A DNA stretch of 62,630 nt, filler included, from Circinaria calcarea (taxonomy: Eukaryota): the NCBI GenBank assembly GCA_051942165.1. It is 11 parts of 11 records of this genome, joined end to end, with 100 filler letters (N's around TTAATTAATTAA, not from the genome) between each part and the next. Parts side by side here need not be neighbours in the genome. Positions count along the whole stretch, not along the records: positions 57,044 to 62,630 come from JAVECS010001855.1; 10 more parts are not named here. The stretch is one strand, 5' to 3'. The notes below the pieces were generated by a model, which was not told the DNA's origin, searched no databases, and was given only the letters and a program-made list of their open reading frames with translations. A program made the translations under genes and the position numbers. How positions within the stretch are numbered: position 1 is the stretch's first letter; every line of letters begins with the position of its first letter. Positions 61,750-62,630 of the stretch are shown in pieces.

Positions 61750-62630
61750 GAACCTTGCAGGATGCCTTGAGAACCTCCATTTACATATGTGCACACCGGC
61801 GCTTGGTGGGTATAGACATGATATGAAGATACTATCTGAGTCCGGAGCCGTCGTAATTGATAATCGCATGCCTCGATTTCTGGTTTCTGGTGTCCAAAAA
61901 CTAGGTAATGGCAATGGCCGTCAGTCGCATGTTTTAACAGCTAATTGATACAAGACATGATAGCACGTTGAGCACGCCGGCGTTGATCAGTAGGGCTGGG
62001 TTCAGAAGGACTGTAGGGTGTCAAGCATGGATTATGAGCGTTTGTTGCGATTTGTTACCTTAAGATTGTTTATTAACAATAGTTGCATGTCCGAATTATT
62101 CTCAAACATAAGCTATGCTTCCTTAAGCCACCCTCTTTCCACCTCCGAGACGCTTGCTCCATTGATCACTTCTGCTATACTATTCATCATTATGTCCCCT
62201 GCAAGGAAAAATCTCAAAGCCACCGACTCCCCTTGTGTATTGTGTCTCAGCTACCTACTACCTAGCTGTAAGAATATCCACCCCCACCGTTTTTATCTTG
62301 GATCAACCGTTCCTCGGAATAATCCCCCGAGATCTACCCAGCACAAACCTCCCCCCCTCATCCTAAAAAGATCTAGACCACCCAAACACAAAAGTGAATA
62401 CGTGCAATACCCTTGCTCCCTTCCCTCTCCCCGTCTGCCGCCCTTCCGACTCCTTTCCCTTTCCTTATCCCTTCCCTACCTACACTTCCATTCCCCCCCC
62501 TCAAACCTTCGGCACTATACACCAACCAGGCAGCACAGCACTAGTCCTCACCCCCGCTACCAAATTTGCTCTTGAACTACACGGGCAGGGTAGGACGGCG
62601 ACGGGGATGGCGACGGGGACGGGGTTGGAA

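Overview
This window is not one contiguous locus. It is 11 unlinked contigs of a filamentous ascomycete (Pezizomycotina-type introns, dispersed 5S rRNA), sorted by decreasing length: 5616, 5613, 5612, 5610, 5607, 5604, 5601, 5594, 5594, 5592 and 5587 bp. They are joined by ten artificial 100-bp spacers (N44-TTAATTAATTAA-N44), so gene neighbourhood is meaningful only within a contig. Recognisable genes: MRI1, TAF1 (3' part), ERG7 (5' part), DCN1 (3' end), FRG1, NBP2 (3' part), an FAO1-type alcohol oxidase, a C2H2/fungal transcription factor, WSC, DUF2235-type, APH-like, 2OG-Fe(II), NTF2-like and F-box-like genes, and two paralogous membrane-anchored beta-propeller lectin-like genes. Features the ORF track misses: a 5S rRNA gene, two solo LTRs each with its own 5-bp TSD, a hAT-type fold-back MITE with an 8-bp TSD, a cationic 10-Cys peptide, a micro-exon gene, and ricin-B lectin, SDR and SprT-like pseudogenes. 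The best candidates for an undescribed system, all by inference, are: (i) a tightly head-to-head pair of a HeLo-like/pseudokinase (MLKL-like) gene and a helical-domain/C2H2 gene; (ii) a stand-alone, signal-less M35 propeptide-like gene divergent from a secreted M35 protease; (iii) an orphan island with a possible multi-PD-(D/E)XK nuclease upstream of ERG7. Family assignments come from motif recognition, not database searches.
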